This document shows positions 59,900-64,000 of a stretch of 64,000 bases of DNA, in pieces. The stretch's first letter is position 1, and each line of letters opens with the position of its first letter. The notes beneath the pieces were generated by a model. That model did not search any database and had not been told where the DNA came from. It saw only the letters and a list, made by a program, of their open reading frames with translations. The DNA is taken from positions 9,238,001-9,302,000 of the forward strand of contig OZ316775.1 in the NCBI GenBank assembly GCA_973851085.1, given 5' to 3'. Origin of the DNA: Ptychomitrium polyphyllum (lineage: Eukaryota). The translations under genes were made by a program, and so were the position numbers.

Positions 59900-62800
59900 C
59901 CTTTGATCATTTTTTATAAGGAAGGTTTCGTTCATATTGTACATGTGCTATGGAAGTACCAAGTAACACAAAGGTATGATCGGTTTAACATTTGAAGAAT
60001 CGGTGGTCTTTCAAGATTGGATCCGCTTTGAAGTTGGTCAACTTTTTGAAGGATTGGTGGTTTGATAGTTCATAAGTTTATAAGTGAGTGTTTCTGTTGT
60101 CATGCTGGAAGGAGTATCATGAATCTTGTGGTTGATGGATGAATGTGAATAGGTGCATAGGAGTTTGTGATAGGGAGGCATGCTAGAGTTTGTGATAGGG
60201 AGCCATGCTAGGGCTCAGACAATAAGCAACTCCACATAATCAATGAGGCAAAACTTCAAATATCTTTGAGTTTTTGTTCTTGGAAGTAATATAACTTAGA
60301 AGGAGATCATCTAATTATTTTTATGACATGAAGAATTATGGAGTTTTTTCTTTTGATATTAAGGAATAAATTACAAAGCCATTATTGAGTTGATAACTTC
60401 TTTTAAACTAAAAGGATGAATATTGGACATCACATTGTAATCGACAATATTTAAATTTAGATTTGTCATAGCAACTTCAGTCAACCTTAGATGTTGTATG
60501 GAGTAATAGCACAATATATAAAAATTATGAATTATTATGAAGATTTAGTTTGCAATAAAGAAGTATAAAACGAGATAAGAAAATAAAATAAAAAGATAGA
60601 AAGAAATAAAGTGATGAGAGAAAAGGTTGTGGTGATAACCACAGATTTTGGAGGTCATTGCATCTTGTCATATGCTCAGGGATGGTAGGTGGCACCAACA
60701 AGTAATTTCGTGCCTAATTTTATTTGCAGTGCCAAGCCACATGGTTATTGTGCCGCTCAAACAGATTTGATGGATTCAAACTTGGATCGTTGCTATGGCA
60801 CCTGAAGCACTTCACCAGCTAAGTTTCTGCGCTTTGGCAATTGGTTTTGAAAGCCTAGGTATTTTATCTCTGCATGCTATTGTATTGTAATTTATTTATA
60901 GTATAAAAAAGATGGTTATTATATTAATAGTAAATTGGTAATGACCTTAATATTATAGAATTACCTTTTAGAGTATTATTGATTCGTAGAAGCCTTATTA
61001 AACTTGTTTAAGTTTTATTATTAAGGATAGAAGTTATAAAATATGTTAAAAAAGAATTTAGAAGGGGCTTTTGTGTCAAAGGTAAAATTTCTTAGACTCC
61101 TTGGCCGTCCTATGTGATTGGATAAGGCAAGTAGATGGCGGACTTCATGCTCAATGGTTAAAATTCATGCCTAATGACCTCCAAGATGCTGCCCAAGACC
61201 TTATTAAGGTTTGAAACTACTTCAAAGACGATTTTGTGAGTTAGAGTGTTTAGATTTGATAGAATGTGTAGAGGGCTACAATTCTCGTGCAAAACTTAAG
61301 AAGTTTGGAGTAATTATGAGGGGAAATTGAGCGTTTGAAGTCAGAGTCATAAACTTGTACCTACTGTCACTTATTTGTAAATAAAAAAAGTCTCACAAGA
61401 ACTTTTGGAGATCGAAGAGTGAGATCTAAGAGCTAATTTTAGGAGCTTTATTTCACATAGAAGAATAGATCAATTCCAGTTTGGAATAAAAGAACAAGGA
61501 TTGTTGGAAGTTAGTGCTTTAGATTGAAGTTTGTAATTGAGTTTTTTTTATGCATGTTTTGGTTTGGTCTATATCTTAAATTTCTGGACGAATTTTCAGC
61601 TCAAAATTTATTAATGCGTAGATGACAATGTTAGAAAGCTATATATAAAATTTTATGGCATTTGAATGTTATATTATTGAGATTTAATGGATATAAAGCG
61701 CAGGTGGTAGTAAATTGACATATTTTGCACCTACTCTAAATCAAACAATATTTAAAGATTTGTAATGAATCTATGGTCGAATTTTTTTGTGAAAGTAGTT
61801 GAAAATAGGAATTAATATGTAGATAAGTTTAAGAGTATTTGGATGGTCAAATGAAGAGATTTTGGATTTTGTAGATCTGGAAGAATTCATTAAAAGAGAG
61901 TAAGAGGTTTTGGGATGTTTGGACACAATTTGAGCATCCTAGACTTGTATGTTTGATGTATGTGACTTCATAAGGATAAGCAATGTACAAAACTTGTGTT
62001 TTGTAAAATTTAAAACTTGTTTAAGCAAATTAGTGGCAGCTAAAAGTCCAGCGCTTTCAAGAGGTAATTTTTTCTACTACTATGGGTAATTTAAATCCAA
62101 AATTTAGTATAGATAAAGAAGAATTATCTTTTAAAAAAGCATGCATTTTTGTAATAGCATTTGTAAATAATTTAATAATCTTTCATACATTTTTTTTGCT
62201 AATAGATTTTTTGAATAATTTTGAAATTGTCTTATTTTGAATTATAATTTAGACAAAATACAGGAAAAGTTGTTGAAGATTCATGAAAGTTTTTATAATA
62301 AATATTCCTAAATATCTTGTTGATGTTATTTAGTTGAATACCAATTGTACTATGACAATTGGCAAGGAAATATCATAGTAATTTTTCTATCTTTAATATT
62401 ATGTTTATTGCTGATATCATAATACAATTAGTTTTAGCCATTTTTTGCTATCTTTTTTTACAATTTCATGTTTTCTTTTGCATGGTTTTGTATTCTTTGA
62501 TAAAATTAAACTAAGGTGAGTAACTTTAAAATTATATTAAAATTAAAAAATTCCAATAAGAAATTATTAATGAAAAGTGCAAAGTTTTTGGTATGCAATT
62601 GTATAAAATCCATTTGTTAGTTTTACAAGTTATTTAAAAAAATAGTGGAAAATTTTATTTCATGATTTTATAATAGGACTTCTTATACAACTTTAGAATC
62701 AATTTAGAAAAAAATATATTTTGTTAATTCTCAAATACATCATGATTTGAACTACTAAATTAAAATTTTAAAGCCTTCATTTACTTGTCTCCTTCCATTT

Positions 62801-63170
62801 GTACTGTATATTCATAATTGACATATTCTATATAGGACTTAAACAAAAAATTTACAACTTAATGTAATTTTTTAGCAAAGAATGAAATTTAGAATTCTAG
62901 AAGGCTAAAGATATTTTGTAGCTAATACATGGACACAAAATGTATGTGGATTCGAGCTTCTAAGATCGAATTCTATGATTTTGTATTTTTATTTCATTGA
63001 AGTTTCTTTTTCAATATAATCAGCTTTATAACTTCTTACCTACTTTTGTCTACTTCAATACTCATTTAAAGAAAATCTTTGCTATTGCCTACATCAAAGA
63101 TTATTTTAGCATCTTGTTTTGATCTTATTAGAGGCATCTTCACATTCTCTTATCAGACATCATTTCTATA
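59900..63170. repeat. About 3 kb AT-rich block, probable decayed transposon(s)
   Basis: Low GC, no ORFs of 60 aa or more. Includes a 25-bp tandem duplication GAGTTTGTGATAGGGAGSCATGCTA x2 at 60161-60210. Confidence 0.45.
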
Positions 63171-63395
63171 AGCTCAAAGCATACTTGTTTCTAAGAATAC
63201 AGAGTGTAGGAGGGTCCCAAAGATGATGCCTACAAAGAAGCAAGCCCTTAAGGCTGCACCCGAATGACATGCTAATTTGTGGGAATGCAGTGGGGAGCTC
63301 GTACCCCAACACAAAAACAAACAAGGAAATCCATAGATGCTTCCAAAGTTCCCAAACAATCCACCTTATCCGGCCACATTTTTTCCAGGTCATGC

Positions 63396-63465
63396 GCGCC
63401 ACATGTCGTTCTCGCATAGCGCCACCTGTCGTCGTCATCGCATAGCACCACTTGTCACACGTTAT
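63396..63465 (+). promoter_or_regulatory. Tandem cluster of ABRE-like/E-box elements
   Basis: GCCACATGTC, GCCACCTGTC and ACCACTTGTC in tandem 23-26 bp units, plus ACACGT, about 350-400 bp upstream of the ATG at 63805. Confidence 0.55.
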
Positions 63466-63804
63466 CCTCGTGCAGAATTTAGTGTTAATTTCTCATCGAC
63501 AACCAGATCGTTATTGGCCGCCTCCATCACGCCTATCTGAACATAAATTCCTCACAGATCCCCAAGCTATTCAGAAACATAACTACGGTCACAACGTACT
63601 ATTCACAGCGCACCCCAGATACTGTAGAGAAAAGCTGTCAGTTTTCAGATTTTTACAACTTGGTCTGGATCGAGTCGAACACTTCTTACACATCGTGAAT
63701 CATTGTTGTGCAGTGAGTCCATCGATTGAGGTGGAGAGACCATCGTTGTATTGATCTGCAAGCAAGAGTGTTGTGCTGTTGGTGTCTGTAAGATTGTTGG
63801 CGGG

Positions 63805-64000
63805 ATGGCGGACTACAACCAGCAGAGTGGGTACGTTGGGCAGGAGGAGCGGAGGCCGGTGTCCAGCTATAATGCGCACCAGGATGAGTTCGGTTTCAAG
63901 GAAGGGAACGATAACCCTGTTGGAGGAGGATATGGTGATCGGCAGAAGTTTCAGCAGGGCCTTGATCAAGGTCAGGGCTATGGGGGCGAGACAGGGGAGA
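63805..64000 (+). CDS. 5' end of a Gly/Gln-rich hydrophilic protein, probably LEA/dehydrin-like (runs off the window)
   Basis: Open frame MADYNQQSGYVGQEERRPVSSYNAHQDEFGFKEGNDNPVGGGYGDRQKFQQGLDQGQGYGGETGE. No Cys or Trp; DEFG resembles the Y-segment; ABRE-like elements upstream. Confidence 0.55.
   Translation, partial: MADYNQQSGYVGQEERRPVSSYNAHQDEFGFKEGNDNPVGGGYGDRQKFQQGLDQGQGYGGETGE

Noticed and set aside
1..64000. tRNA, rRNA, snoRNA or miRNA genes
   Set aside because: None recognised by eye; an Infernal/tRNAscan search would be needed to exclude them.

Overview
Eukaryotic, intron-rich nuclear DNA from a non-seed land plant, most likely a moss. This is inferred from an FtsZ3-type plastid division gene and bryophyte-style TIR-NB-ARC and MLKL-like genes. 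Conserved housekeeping genes are dihydroorotase, isoprenylcysteine methylesterase, PTF2/BRF2-like TFIIB, FtsZ3, PWP1 and KAS I. They alternate with fast-evolving accessory genes and AT-rich, transposon-like blocks. The accessory set is a TIR-NB-ARC-LRR pseudogene with a long unexplained C-terminal extension, a GT37 fucosyltransferase, an ankyrin-PGG pseudogene, an A1 aspartic protease, a GT47 pseudogene and a probable LEA/dehydrin start at the right edge. The standout is an intact, intronless 863-aa ORF (55106-57697). It fuses an AIG1/GIMAP-like P-loop GTPase to a plant-MLKL-like helical bundle and a kinase. The kinase lacks the beta3 lysine (VAVA) but has a lysine at the WNK position of the Gly-loop (GKGSYKEV), with HRD and DFG intact. 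All family calls come from motif recognition by eye; no database searches were run.
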